NCBI RefSeq assembly: GCF_003019035.1
Contig: NZ_CP027447.1
Length of the DNA: 64,000 bases
Origin: Escherichia coli
GTDB lineage: Bacteria > Pseudomonadota > Gammaproteobacteria > Enterobacterales > Enterobacteriaceae
Direction: 5' to 3' (one strand)
This document shows, piece after piece, positions 7,278 to 17,646 of the stretch (the first letter of the stretch is position 1; the number at the start of each line of letters is the position of its first letter). The translations under genes were made by a program, and so were the position numbers. The notes below the pieces were generated by a model. The model did not search any database, was not told the origin of the DNA, and saw only the letters and a list, made by a program, of their open reading frames with translations.

Positions 7278-7910
7278 ATGTTTGACGTTTCGTTGTTAAA
7301 TCTGCCATGGGCAACACTGGTGACCCTGACCAGTGGCTATATTGGGTATTTTATTGCGAATGTGGGACTGAAGGATCACCACAAGCCCATTGAGGTGACT
7401 TTTTCTTCGCTGATTTTTGGCCTGACAGCAATGATGGCTTACCAGGCTGTTATGTGGGCAGGTCTGAATGCCTGGCTGGCAACACCACCAGCACTTCTGT
7501 GTGCCGTTACATGCGGTGCGTGGTGGCGCAGGTACGGTCGCAAATGGATGTACAGATTACTGTGGAATAATGATATTTCATGGTCTGACGATACCAGCTC
7601 AGCATGGCAGGCAATGTTTGATCAAACAGGCTTCAGCGTTACCGAGGTCAGAGTGATTCTTCGCGATGGTTCCGGTATGATGTCACGGCTGCCAGGGAAC
7701 TTTGAAGAGTGGCCTAACGGTCCGTTTACCCTGGGGAATAAAGGCGATATGGTTCTTTACGTCACGCACAGCAGCCCTTCAGGCAGTAACGAATGGGAAG
7801 AGTATAAAGGCGTGGTTGATAAGTACTGGGGAGCTCTGGCAACCTATATTCCAGCAGATCAGATTGCCAGAGTGGAGATCAGGCGCGTTCGTGCAACGAA
7901 CGATGAATGA
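7278..7910 (+). CDS. orphan membrane protein (211 aa; three N-terminal TM helices plus about 125-aa soluble C-terminal domain), function unknown
   Basis: ATG 7278 with AGGGAGA RBS 6 nt upstream; hydrophobic helices at roughly residues 8-30, 40-63 and 67-83; sits where Mu carries late activator C; no family recognised. Confidence 0.6.
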   Translation: MFDVSLLNLPWATLVTLTSGYIGYFIANVGLKDHHKPIEVTFSSLIFGLTAMMAYQAVMWAGLNAWLATPPALLCAVTCGAWWRRYGRKWMYRLLWNNDISWSDDTSSAWQAMFDQTGFSVTEVRVILRDGSGMMSRLPGNFEEWPNGPFTLGNKGDMVLYVTHSSPSGSNEWEEYKGVVDKYWGALATYIPADQIARVEIRRVRATNDE

Positions 7911-8295
7911 TGTTTATTTTTTCCCTGGGGCAGGGGCTGCCGGCATAGTGGTTTTATTGGCAGAGGAAGACGATTCTCCTTTTCTACCGGAATCGCGCTC
8001 GAACGTCACGATGTGCTTGCTTTTGGGCTTTTCTGAGTAATCCAGGCTATCATGCTTATTGTTTTGAGTAGTCATTGGAATCATCCTTTTTGTTGCGGGT
8101 CATGTTTCAGCAAACTCGATTCTAAGTTGCCAGGAAGGATGATTTCAATGCCCGACTTATCTATCGTATAGCGGAAAAGAATTTCAGTTCTGTTCACCAG
8201 AACCCATGTTAACCCACTCCAATTCGTTATTTATCTCACGGATCCCCCTTCATTTATCTCATGTCTGATCAAATCAATAATCATCATGAATGTTT

Positions 8296-8312
8296 TGTTT
8301 ATAATTGGTTGA
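8296..8312 (+). promoter_or_regulatory. putative PhoP box upstream of slyB
   Basis: TGTTTA-N5-GGTTGA direct repeat about 125 bp upstream of slyB ATG; slyB is recalled as PhoP-activated. Confidence 0.35.
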
Positions 8313-8435
8313 TCCTACTTTCATTATGATTTGCTCATATTTGGTAGAACATGTAACCATGGATTCACATATGCCATATACTTTGACCATGAGGGATGCT
8401 TGCGTGGCGTTTCATGGTGAACAGGAGATTTTTCA

Positions 8436-8903
8436 ATGATTAAACGCGTATTGGTTGTTTCAATGGTAGGTCTGTCTCTTGTCGGTTGTGTTAATAACGA
8501 CACCCTGTCAGGGGATGTTTATACCGCTTCTGAAGCGAAACAAGTACAGAATGTCAGCTATGGCACCATCGTTAACGTACGTCCGGTACAGATTCAGGGC
8601 GGTGATGATTCCAACGTTATCGGTGCAATTGGCGGTGCTGTTCTTGGTGGTTTCCTGGGGAATACTGTTGGCGGCGGAACCGGGCGTTCTCTGGCTACTG
8701 CAGCAGGCGCTGTTGCAGGTGGCGTAGCCGGTCAGGGCGTACAGAGTGCAATGAACAAAACGCAGGGTGTCGAGCTGGAAATTCGTAAAGACGATGGTAA
8801 TACCATCATGGTGGTACAGAAACAAGGCAACACTCGTTTCTCTCCGGGCCAACGTGTCGTACTGGCCAGCAATGGCAGTCAGGTGACCGTTTCCCCGCGC
8901 TAA
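8436..8903 (+). CDS. slyB: outer membrane lipoprotein SlyB
   Basis: 155 aa; lipobox LVGC and Gly-rich core match E. coli SlyB. Confidence 0.95.
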   Translation: MIKRVLVVSMVGLSLVGCVNNDTLSGDVYTASEAKQVQNVSYGTIVNVRPVQIQGGDDSNVIGAIGGAVLGGFLGNTVGGGTGRSLATAAGAVAGGVAGQGVQSAMNKTQGVELEIRKDDGNTIMVVQKQGNTRFSPGQRVVLASNGSQVTVSPR

Positions 8904-8949
8904 ATAAGTTTGCGTGTGGTCAGGTTACTGACCACACGCCCCCTTCATT

Positions 8950-9390
8950 TCACCCTTTGGCCTGTAACTCAATGATATTATGCTCAAGTTTTGCGATGAG
9001 CTTAATCAGTTGTTCCAGTTCCTCTGCGGAGATGCCATGTAAAATTTCCGCGCGGGTTTTGTTAATAACAGCTTCCATTTCGCTGATCAGCGGCTCTGCC
9101 TTTTCCGTCAGTTTAATACGTTTAGCCCGACGATCGCTGGCACAAGTTTGACGCGAAATTAACCCTTTTTCTTCCAGTTGGTCCAGAGTACGGACCAGTG
9201 ATGGCTGCTCGATGCCAATCGCTTTTGCCAGTTGAATTTGCGACTGGTCTGGAGGTAACTGATGGATATTGTGTAACGTAACCCAATGGGTTTGTGTTAA
9301 CTCCAGCGGTTTCAGGCGATGGTCTATCAGAGCACGCCATATGCGCACCAACCGTGCCAGATCAGAACCTAGTGGCGATTCCAATTTCAT
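8950..9390 (-). CDS. slyA: MarR-family transcriptional regulator SlyA
   Basis: Translation matches SlyA; the annotated start may be the TTG 6 nt inside (9384). Confidence 0.93.
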
Positions 9391-9584
9391 CTCCTTATAA
9401 TTAGCTTGCTAAGATATTATGCGGCTTTTAGAATAGTGTGCAGCAATTGTATTGCTAAAACAAATGTATTGCTGCATTTGGTTACCGTCAGACATATTTT
9501 TCAGAAATTGCGCGTAAATTTTTCGCACTTAAAGAATATTTATTAATCTAACGCAATATATTCGGTCGTAAAGGAATCTACTTT

Positions 9585-9821
9585 GTGAAGTTTATGCTCA
9601 ATGCAACAGGATTGCCCTTACAAGATCTGGTGTTCGGTGCGTCCGTATACTTTCCTCCGTTTTTCAAAGCCTTCGCGTTTGGATTCATCATCTGGCTTGT
9701 CGTACACCGCCTGCTTCGTGGCTGGATCTACGCCGGTGACATCTGGCATCCCTTGTTAATGGATTTATCGCTGTTTGCGATTTGCGTTTGCCTTGCCCTG
9801 GCAATACTGATTGCGTGGTAA
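9585..9821 (+). CDS. ydhI: DUF1656 inner membrane protein YdhI
   Basis: 78 aa hydrophobic protein, upstream of ydhJK as in K-12. Confidence 0.85.
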   Translation: MKFMLNATGLPLQDLVFGASVYFPPFFKAFAFGFIIWLVVHRLLRGWIYAGDIWHPLLMDLSLFAICVCLALAILIAW

Positions 9822-9823
9822 CT

Positions 9824-10681
9824 ATGTCAATTAAAACAATTAAGTATTTCTCAACAATCATTGTAGCGGTAGTTGCGGTTCTTGCCGGATGGTGGCTGTG
9901 GAATTATTACATGCAATCTCCGTGGACACGCGACGGGAAAATACGCGCAGAACAGGTTTCTATCACCCCTCAGGTGTCGGGACGTATTGTTGAGCTGAAT
10001 ATAAAAGACAACCAACTGGTTAACGCGGGGGATCTTCTGCTCACGATCGATAAAACGCCCTTTCAGATCGCCGAGCTGAACGCACAGGCTCAGCTGGCGA
10101 AAGCGCAATCTGACCTCGCAAAAGCCAATAACGAAGCGAATCGTCGTCGTCATCTCTCACAAAATTTTATTTCTGCCGAAGAACTCGATACCGCTAACCT
10201 CAATGTTAAAGCGATGCAGGCCAGTGTTGATGCCGCACAGGCGACGCTGAAACAGGCACAATGGCAACTGGCGCAAACGGAAATTCGCGCCCCGGTGAGT
10301 GGATGGGTGACTAACCTCACTACCCGCATCGGCGATTACGCTGACACCGGGAAACCGCTGTTTGCCCTTGTCGACAGCCACTCGTTTTACGTCATTGGTT
10401 ATTTTGAAGAAACCAAGTTGCGCCATATCCGCGAAGGTGCACCAGCACAAATTACCCTCTATAGTGATAACAAAACGTTACAGGGTCACGTTTCCAGTAT
10501 CGGTCGGGCGATTTATGATCAGAGCGTTGAAAGTGACTCAAGCCTTATTCCGGATGTGAAACCTAACGTCCCCTGGGTTCGACTCGCCCAACGCGTTCCC
10601 GTCCGCTTTGCGCTGGATAAAGTCCCAGGCGATGTCACGCTGGTGTCGGGCACCACCTGTAGCATTGCCGTAGGTCAATAA
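9824..10681 (+). CDS. ydhJ: HlyD-family membrane fusion protein YdhJ
   Basis: ATG at 9824 (MSIKTIKYF...), N-terminal TM then coiled-coil region. Confidence 0.88.
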   Translation: MSIKTIKYFSTIIVAVVAVLAGWWLWNYYMQSPWTRDGKIRAEQVSITPQVSGRIVELNIKDNQLVNAGDLLLTIDKTPFQIAELNAQAQLAKAQSDLAKANNEANRRRHLSQNFISAEELDTANLNVKAMQASVDAAQATLKQAQWQLAQTEIRAPVSGWVTNLTTRIGDYADTGKPLFALVDSHSFYVIGYFEETKLRHIREGAPAQITLYSDNKTLQGHVSSIGRAIYDQSVESDSSLIPDVKPNVPWVRLAQRVPVRFALDKVPGDVTLVSGTTCSIAVGQ

Positions 10682-12693
10682 TGAACGCATCGTCATGGTC
10701 CTTGCGCAATTTGCCCTGGTTCAGGGCCACGCTGGCGCAATGGCGTTATGCGTTACGCAATACCATTGCCATGTGTCTGGCGCTGACGGTTGCCTATTAT
10801 TTGAATCTTGATGAACCCTATTGGGCGATGACCTCGGCTGCCGTGGTTAGCTTTCCCACCGTTGGCGGTGTCATCAGCAAAAGCCTCGGACGCATCGCTG
10901 GCAGTTTGCTCGGAGCCATTGCGGCACTGCTTCTTGCCGGACATACACTTAATGAGCCGTGGTTTTTTCTTTTGAGCATGGCGGCGTGGCTTGGCTTTTG
11001 TACCTGGGCCTGTGCGCACTTCACGAATAATGTCGCGTATGCATTTCAACTGGCGGGCTACACGGCTGCCATCATCGCCTTTCCGATGGTTAATATTACT
11101 GAGGCCAGCCAGCTGTGGGATATCGCTCAGGCGCGCGTTTGCGAGGTGATTGTCGGTATTTTGTGCGGCGGCATGATGATGATGATCCTGCCGAGCAGTT
11201 CCGATGCTACAGCCCTTTTAACCGCATTGAAAAACATGCACGCCCGATTGCTGGAACATGCCAGTTTACTCTGGCAGCCTGAAACAACCGATGCCATTCG
11301 TGCAGCACATGAAGGGGTGATTGGGCAGATACTGACCATGAATTTGCTCCGTATCCAGGCTTTCTGGAGCCACTATCGTTTTCGCCAGCAAAACGCGCGC
11401 CTTAATGCGCTGCTCCACCAGCAATTACGTATGACCAGTGTCATCTCCAGCCTGCGACGTATGTTGCTCAACTGGCCCTCACCGCCAGGTGCCACACGAG
11501 AAATTCTCGAACAGTTGCTGACGGCGCTCGCCAGTTCGCAAACAGATGTTTACACCGTCGCACGTATTATCGCCCCGCTACGCCCGACCAACGTCGCCGA
11601 CTATCGGCACGTCGCCTTCTGGCAGCGACTACGTTATTTTTGCCGCCTTTATCTGCAAAGTAGTCAGGAATTACATCGTCTGCAAAGCGGTGTAGATGAT
11701 CATACCAGACTCCCACGGACATCCGGCCTGGCTCGTCATACCGATAACGCCGAAGCTATGTGGAGCGGGCTGCGTACATTTTGTACGTTGATGATGATTG
11801 GCGCATGGAGTATTGCTTCGCAATGGGATGCCGGTGCCAATGCATTAACGCTGGCAGCAATTAGCTGCGTACTCTACTCCGCCGTCGCAGCACCGTTTAA
11901 GTCGTTGTCACTGCTGATGCGTACGCTGGTGTTACTTTCGCTATTCAGCTTTGTGGTCAAATTTGGCCTGATGGTCCAGATTTGCGATCTGTGGCAATTT
12001 TTACTGTTTCTCTTTCCACTGCTGGCGACGATGCAGCTTCTTAAATTGCAGATGCCCAAATTTGCCGCACTGTGGGGGCAACTGATTGTTTTTATGGGTT
12101 CGTTTATCGCTGTCACTAATCCCCCAGTGTATGATTTTGCTGATTTTCTTAACGATAATCTGGCAAAAATCGTTGGCGTTGCGCTGGCGTGGTTAGCGTT
12201 CGCCATTCTGCGTCCAGGATCGGATGCTCGTAAAAGTCGCCGTCATATTCGCGCGCTGCGCCGGGATTTTGTCGATCAACTAAGCCGCCATCCATCACTG
12301 AGTGAAAGCGAATTTGAATCGCTCACTTATCATCACGTCAGTCAGTTGAGTAACAGCCAGGATGCGATGGCTCGCCGTTGGTTATTACGCTGGGGTGTAG
12401 TGCTGCTGAACTGTTCTCATGTTGTCTGGCAATTGCGCGACTGGGAATCGCGTTCCGATCCGTTATCGCGAGTACGGGATAACTGTATTTCACTGTTGCG
12501 CGGAGTGATGAGTGAGCGTGGCGTTCAGCAAAAATCACTGGCGGCCACACTTGAAGAATTACAGCGAATTTGCGACAGCCTTGCCCGTCATCATCAACCT
12601 GCCGCCCGTGAGCTGGCGGCAATTGTCTGGCGGCTGTACTGCTCGCTTTCGCAACTTGAGCAAGCACCGCCGCAAGGTACGCTGGCCTCTTAA
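10681..12693 (+). CDS. ydhK: FUSC-family efflux protein YdhK
   Basis: 670 aa multi-TM protein following ydhJ. Confidence 0.88.
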   Translation: MNASSWSLRNLPWFRATLAQWRYALRNTIAMCLALTVAYYLNLDEPYWAMTSAAVVSFPTVGGVISKSLGRIAGSLLGAIAALLLAGHTLNEPWFFLLSMAAWLGFCTWACAHFTNNVAYAFQLAGYTAAIIAFPMVNITEASQLWDIAQARVCEVIVGILCGGMMMMILPSSSDATALLTALKNMHARLLEHASLLWQPETTDAIRAAHEGVIGQILTMNLLRIQAFWSHYRFRQQNARLNALLHQQLRMTSVISSLRRMLLNWPSPPGATREILEQLLTALASSQTDVYTVARIIAPLRPTNVADYRHVAFWQRLRYFCRLYLQSSQELHRLQSGVDDHTRLPRTSGLARHTDNAEAMWSGLRTFCTLMMIGAWSIASQWDAGANALTLAAISCVLYSAVAAPFKSLSLLMRTLVLLSLFSFVVKFGLMVQICDLWQFLLFLFPLLATMQLLKLQMPKFAALWGQLIVFMGSFIAVTNPPVYDFADFLNDNLAKIVGVALAWLAFAILRPGSDARKSRRHIRALRRDFVDQLSRHPSLSESEFESLTYHHVSQLSNSQDAMARRWLLRWGVVLLNCSHVVWQLRDWESRSDPLSRVRDNCISLLRGVMSERGVQQKSLAATLEELQRICDSLARHHQPAARELAAIVWRLYCSLSQLEQAPPQGTLAS

Positions 12694-13215
12694 TTACTTA
12701 ATTACACCACAGGCATAGCGTTCACCGCCACCGCCCAGCGGTTTAGGTTGATCGGACATATTATCCCCGCCAACGTGGACCATCAGCGCTTTGCCTTTGA
12801 TTTCATCCAGTGATTTCAGACGAGGCGCGATGACGGCATCGGTAGCTTTGCCATCATTATTGACGACCAGTGCAGGCAGATCGCCTAAATGCCCGGCACC
12901 TTCTGGCCCTTCATGTTTACCGGTATTTTGTGGATCAAGATGCCCGCCTGCGGATTCCGCGGCGCTGGCTTTGCCATCTTTGGTGGCTGGCTGGCAGCTT
13001 CCTTTGGCATGAATATGGAAGCCATGTTCACCGGGAGGTAATGCTTTCAGATCGGGTGAGAACTCCAGACCTTTATCGGTTTCAGTAATGGTAACGCTAC
13101 CAATTGACTGCCCAACCCCTTGCGACGTGACGAGGTTCATCTCGACTTTTTCACTGGCAGCTTGTGCGCCGGTCGCAACAACCAGCGCCAGAATGGCCAG
13201 ACTAAAACGTTTCAT
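12694..13215 (-). CDS. sodC: periplasmic Cu/Zn superoxide dismutase
   Basis: Start MKRFSLAILALV (signal peptide); His-rich Cu/Zn SOD motifs; track ORF extends 17 codons upstream. Confidence 0.92.
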   Translation of the reverse strand: MKRFSLAILALVVATGAQAASEKVEMNLVTSQGVGQSIGSVTITETDKGLEFSPDLKALPPGEHGFHIHAKGSCQPATKDGKASAAESAGGHLDPQNTGKHEGPEGAGHLGDLPALVVNNDGKATDAVIAPRLKSLDEIKGKALMVHVGGDNMSDQPKPLGGGGERYACGVIK

Positions 13216-13295
13216 AGGACCTCCGTTCATTGTGCATTCCTGAATAAGTGTAAACCAGTGACACATTTTTGAACGGCGGCTATTCCTAAAAGTGC

Positions 13296-14192
13296 TTACG
13301 GTACGTCGTAACCCAATGCCGCTTTACGGATACGGAACCATTGTTGACGGGTCATTTTCAGTGTTTCAGCTTCGACAGCTGCCCGTACGCGCTCAATTTT
13401 ACCTGAGCCGATAATTGGCAGCGGCTGCGACGGTAAACGTAATACCCAGGCGTAAACCACCTGTTCAATCGAGCCCGCGTTTAACTCCTCCGCCACCACA
13501 GCCAGTTCATCACGCAGCGGCTGGAAATAATCATCATTAAACAGACGACCACCACCAAGGCAGGACCACGCCATCGGACGAACACGCAGTTGTTGCAGTT
13601 GGTCGAGCGTGCCATCCAGCAGTAACGGCTGATGCACCGGGGATATTTCCACCTGATTAGTGGCAAGGGTAAACGGCAGGCGTGATTGCAACAGGGCAAA
13701 TTGCGCGGGCGTGAAGTTGGATACACCAAAATGGCGCACTTTGCCGCTCTGATGCAGATGTTTAAACGCGTCCGCCACTTCATCGGCATCCATTAACGGG
13801 TCTGGTCGGTGGATTAACAGCAGATCCAGATGATCGGTCGCGAGATTAATTAGCGACTGTTCGGCGCTCTTAATGATGTGATCGCGGTCAGTGATGTAAT
13901 GACCAATGACGTTTTCTTCACGCGCGGTCGTCGCGATACCGCATTTACTGACGATTTCCATCCGTTCACGCAGGTGAGGAGCCAGTTTCAGCGCCTCGCC
14001 AAACGCCGCTTCGCACTGATAGCCACCATAAATATCAGCATGGTCCACGGTGGTCACGCCGAGATCCAGATGCTCTTCAATAAAACTGACCAGCTGGCGG
14101 GCGGACATATTCCAGTCCATCAATCGCCAGTAGCCCATCACAAAACGGGAAAACTCCGGGCCTTGCGGCGCAATAGTAATACGCTGAACCAT
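13296..14192 (-). CDS. ydhF: aldo-keto reductase family oxidoreductase YdhF
   Basis: 298 aa AKR-like protein. Confidence 0.9.
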   Translation of the reverse strand: MVQRITIAPQGPEFSRFVMGYWRLMDWNMSARQLVSFIEEHLDLGVTTVDHADIYGGYQCEAAFGEALKLAPHLRERMEIVSKCGIATTAREENVIGHYITDRDHIIKSAEQSLINLATDHLDLLLIHRPDPLMDADEVADAFKHLHQSGKVRHFGVSNFTPAQFALLQSRLPFTLATNQVEISPVHQPLLLDGTLDQLQQLRVRPMAWSCLGGGRLFNDDYFQPLRDELAVVAEELNAGSIEQVVYAWVLRLPSQPLPIIGSGKIERVRAAVEAETLKMTRQQWFRIRKAALGYDVP

Positions 14193-14240
14193 AATCGCTT
14201 CCTCTTATCAGATATGAGAGGAGTATACGCAAGATTAGGC

Positions 14241-14480
14241 TCAAAAGAGTGATGGTTGCTCCGGTTCGTCTGATGACGCTGGCTTATTTGCGCGTAATTT
14301 GCGCATTAATCGCTGCCGACAAAGGCGCAGCACCTCTTGTTTTTCGCCATCGCTCATTTTATTCCAGTTAAAACGCTCATCCCGACTACGAAAACAGCCG
14401 CGACAAAACCCGCGTTCGTCAGACTGGCAAATTCCCCGGCACGGGCTCTGGACGGGAAAGAACTCTAATTGCTCCGCCAC
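14241..14480 (-). CDS. ydhL: DUF1289 Cys-rich protein YdhL
   Basis: Approx. 79 aa from a GTG start (VAEQLEFFPVQSPCRGICQ...); Cys-rich motif. Confidence 0.7.
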   Translation of the reverse strand: MAEQLEFFPVQSPCRGICQSDERGFCRGCFRSRDERFNWNKMSDGEKQEVLRLCRQRLMRKLRANKPASSDEPEQPSLF

Positions 14481-14582
14481 TTCGCCCTCCTCAAATAAGA
14501 TTATTACCATTATTGAAGCTGTTAATGCCCAAAGTAGCAACTTTGCTTGCACTAGACCGACTGGTCTACTACACTCCAACGC

Positions 14583-15182
14583 ATGAACAAACACACCGAA
14601 CATGATACTCGCGAACATCTCCTGGCGACGGGCGAGCAACTTTGCCTGCAACGTGGATTCACCGGGATGGGGCTAAGCGAACTCCTAAAAACTGCTGAAG
14701 TGCCGAAAGGGTCCTTCTATCACTACTTTCGCTCTAAAGAAGCGTTTGGCGTTGCCATGCTTGAGCGCCATTACGCCGCATATCACCAGCGACTGACTGA
14801 GTTGCTGCAATCCGGCGAAGGTAACTACCGCGACCGCATACTGGCTTATTACCAGCAAACACTGAACCAGTTTTGCCAACATGGAACCATCAGTGGTTGC
14901 CTGACAGTAAAACTCTCTGCCGAAGTGTGCGATCTGTCAGAAGATATGCGTAGCGCGATGGATAAAGGCGCTCGCGGCGTGATCGCCCTGCTCTCGCAGG
15001 CGCTGGAAAATGGCCGTGATAGCCATTGTTTAACCTTTTGTGGCGAACCGCTGCAACAGGCACAAGTGCTTTACGCACTATGGCTGGGTGCGAATCTGCA
15101 GGCCAAAATTTCGCGCAATTCCGAGCCACTGGAAAACGCGCTGGCACATGTAAAAACTATTATTGCGACGCCTGCCGTTTAG
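14583..15182 (+). CDS. nemR: TetR-family repressor NemR
   Basis: 199 aa TetR-like N-terminal HTH, directly upstream of nemA. Confidence 0.92.
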   Translation: MNKHTEHDTREHLLATGEQLCLQRGFTGMGLSELLKTAEVPKGSFYHYFRSKEAFGVAMLERHYAAYHQRLTELLQSGEGNYRDRILAYYQQTLNQFCQHGTISGCLTVKLSAEVCDLSEDMRSAMDKGARGVIALLSQALENGRDSHCLTFCGEPLQQAQVLYALWLGANLQAKISRNSEPLENALAHVKTIIATPAV

Positions 15183-15218
15183 CAGGCATTTTTTATCACC
15201 AGACGACCGGGAGCCTTT

Positions 15219-16316
15219 ATGTCATCTGAAAAACTGTATTCCCCACTGAAAGTGGGCGCAATAACTGCGGCAAACCGTATTTTTATGGCACCGCTGACGC
15301 GTCTGCGCAGTATTGAACCGGGTGACATCCCTACCCCGTTGATGGCGGAATACTATCGCCAACGTGCCAGTGCCGGTTTGATTATTAGCGAAGCCACGCA
15401 AATTTCTGCCCAGGCAAAAGGATATGCAGGTGCGCCTGGCATCCATAGTCCGGAACAAATTGCCGCATGGAAAAAAATTACCGCTGGCGTTCATGCTGAA
15501 AATGGTCATATGGCCGTACAGCTGTGGCACACCGGACGCATTTCTCACGCCAGCCTGCAACCTGGCGGTCAGGCACCGGTAGCGCCTTCAGCACTTAGCG
15601 CGGGAACTCGTACTTCTCTGCGCGATGAAAATGGTCAGGCGATCCGTGTTGAAACATCCATGCCGCGTGCGCTTGAACTGGAAGAGATTCCGGGTATCGT
15701 CAATGATTTCCGTCGGACCATTGCTAACGCGCGTGAAGCCGGTTTTGATCTGGTAGAGCTCCACTCTGCTCACGGTTATTTGCTACATCAGTTCCTTTCC
15801 CCTTCTTCAAACCATCGTACCGATCAGTACGGCGGCAGCGTGGAAAATCGCGCACGTCTGGTGCTGGAAGTGGTCGATGCAGGGATTGAAGAATGGGGTG
15901 CCGATCGCATTGGCATTCGCGTTTCGCCAATCGGTACTTTCCAGAACACAGATAACGGCCCGAATGAAGAAGCCGATGCACTGTATCTGATTGAACAACT
16001 GGGTAAACGCGGCATTGCTTATCTGCATATGTCAGAACCAGATTGGGCGGGGGGTGAACCGTATACTGATGCGTTCCGCGAAAAAGTACGCGCCCGTTTC
16101 CACGGTCCGATTATCGGCGCAGGTGCATACACGGTAGAAAAAGCCGAAACGCTGATCGGCAAAGGGTTAATTGATGCGGTGGCATTTGGTCGTGACTGGA
16201 TTGCAAACCCGGATCTGGTCGCCCGCTTGCAGCGCAAAGCTGAGCTTAACCCACAGCGTGCCGAAAGTTTTTACGGTGGCGGCGCGGAAGGCTACACGGA
16301 TTACCCGACGCTGTAA
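15219..16316 (+). CDS. nemA: N-ethylmaleimide reductase (Old Yellow Enzyme family)
   Basis: 365 aa OYE-family flavoprotein. Confidence 0.93.
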
Positions 16317-16396
16317 TCCAACATTGCGAGCGGCGCAAAGCCGCCGCTATACTAAAACAACATTTTGAATCTGTTAGCCATTTTGAGGATATAAAG

Positions 16397-16804
16397 ATGC
16401 GTCTTCTTCATACCATGCTGCGCGTTGGCGATCTGCAACGCTCCATCGATTTTTATACCAAAGTACTGGGCATGAAACTGCTGCGTACCAGCGAAAACCC
16501 GGAATACAAATACTCACTGGCGTTTGTTGGCTACGGCCCGGAAACCGAAGAAGCGGTGATTGAACTGACCTACAACTGGGGCGTGGATAAATACGAACTC
16601 GGCACTGCTTATGGTCACATCGCGCTTAGCGTTGATAACGCCGCTGAAGCGTGCGAAAAAATCCGTCAAAACGGGGGTAACGTGACCCGTGAAGCGGGTC
16701 CGGTAAAAGGCGGTACTACGGTTATCGCGTTTGTGGAAGATCCGGACGGTTACAAAATTGAGTTAATCGAAGAGAAAGACGCCGGTCGCGGTCTGGGCAA
16801 CTAA
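16397..16804 (+). CDS. gloA: glyoxalase I (lactoylglutathione lyase)
   Basis: 135 aa; [21 protein letters not shown] matches GloA. Confidence 0.95.
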
Positions 16805-16906
16805 TCTCCTGCCGGGCGTGAACTCCTCGCGCCCGCATCTTTACTGCATCGACAAGTAATATTTGTCATAATGCGCGCTGCAATTTATCCGTATTAAGAG
16901 AATCAG

Positions 16907-17554
16907 ATGTCCGATAACGCTCAACTTACCGGTCTGTGCGACCGTTTTCGTGGTTTTTATCCTGTTGTGATCGATGTTGAAACAGCCGGATTTAACGCCA
17001 AAACCGATGCGCTGCTTGAGATTGCCGCCATCACCCTGAAAATGGATGAACAAGGCTGGCTGATGCCGGACACCACATTACATTTCCACGTCGAACCATT
17101 TGTCGGCGCAAATTTGCAGCCAGAGGCCCTCGCCTTCAACGGTATTGACCCGAACGATCCCGATCGCGGCGCGGTCAGCGAATACGAGGCGCTGCACGAA
17201 ATTTTTAAAGTTGTACGTAAAGGCATTAAAGCGAGCGGCTGTAACCGCGCCATTATGGTGGCGCACAACGCCAATTTCGATCACAGCTTTATGATGGCCG
17301 CCGCAGAACGCGCCTCACTGAAACGTAACCCGTTCCACCCTTTCGCCACTTTTGACACTGCTGCACTGGCCGGGCTGGCACTCGGACAAACCGTATTGTC
17401 AAAGGCTTGCCAGACCGCTGGCATGGACTTCGACAGCACCCAGGCGCACTCCGCGTTGTACGACACCGAACGCACTGCTGTGCTGTTTTGTGAAATCGTC
17501 AACCGCTGGAAACGTCTGGGAGGCTGGCCGCTACCTGCCGCCGAAGAGGTGTAA
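16907..17554 (+). CDS. rnt: ribonuclease T
   Basis: 215 aa DEDD exonuclease ([10 protein letters not shown]). Confidence 0.95.
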
Positions 17555-17646
17555 TCGAGTCGATGCCTGATGACATGCAATGATTCAGGCATCTATAGTG
17601 AGGCTATTCCACGCATCATGCATGATATTCACGGGGAATAGCGTTA

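Larger units (their letters stand above)
1..8150. mobile_element. Mu-like transposable prophage, early/middle region only (left part outside window; right boundary approximate, somewhere in 7911-8290)
   Basis: Co-linear + strand genes for DDE transposase, B-like ATPase, Gam, GemA and Mor in the Mu early-region order; K-12-like slyB promoter follows. Exact end not determinable by eye. Confidence 0.7.

Noticed and set aside
17561-17592. Perfect 9-bp-stem hairpin after rnt
   Set aside because: Probably a native rnt terminator or REP-like structure; no T-run, but nothing unusual for this locus.
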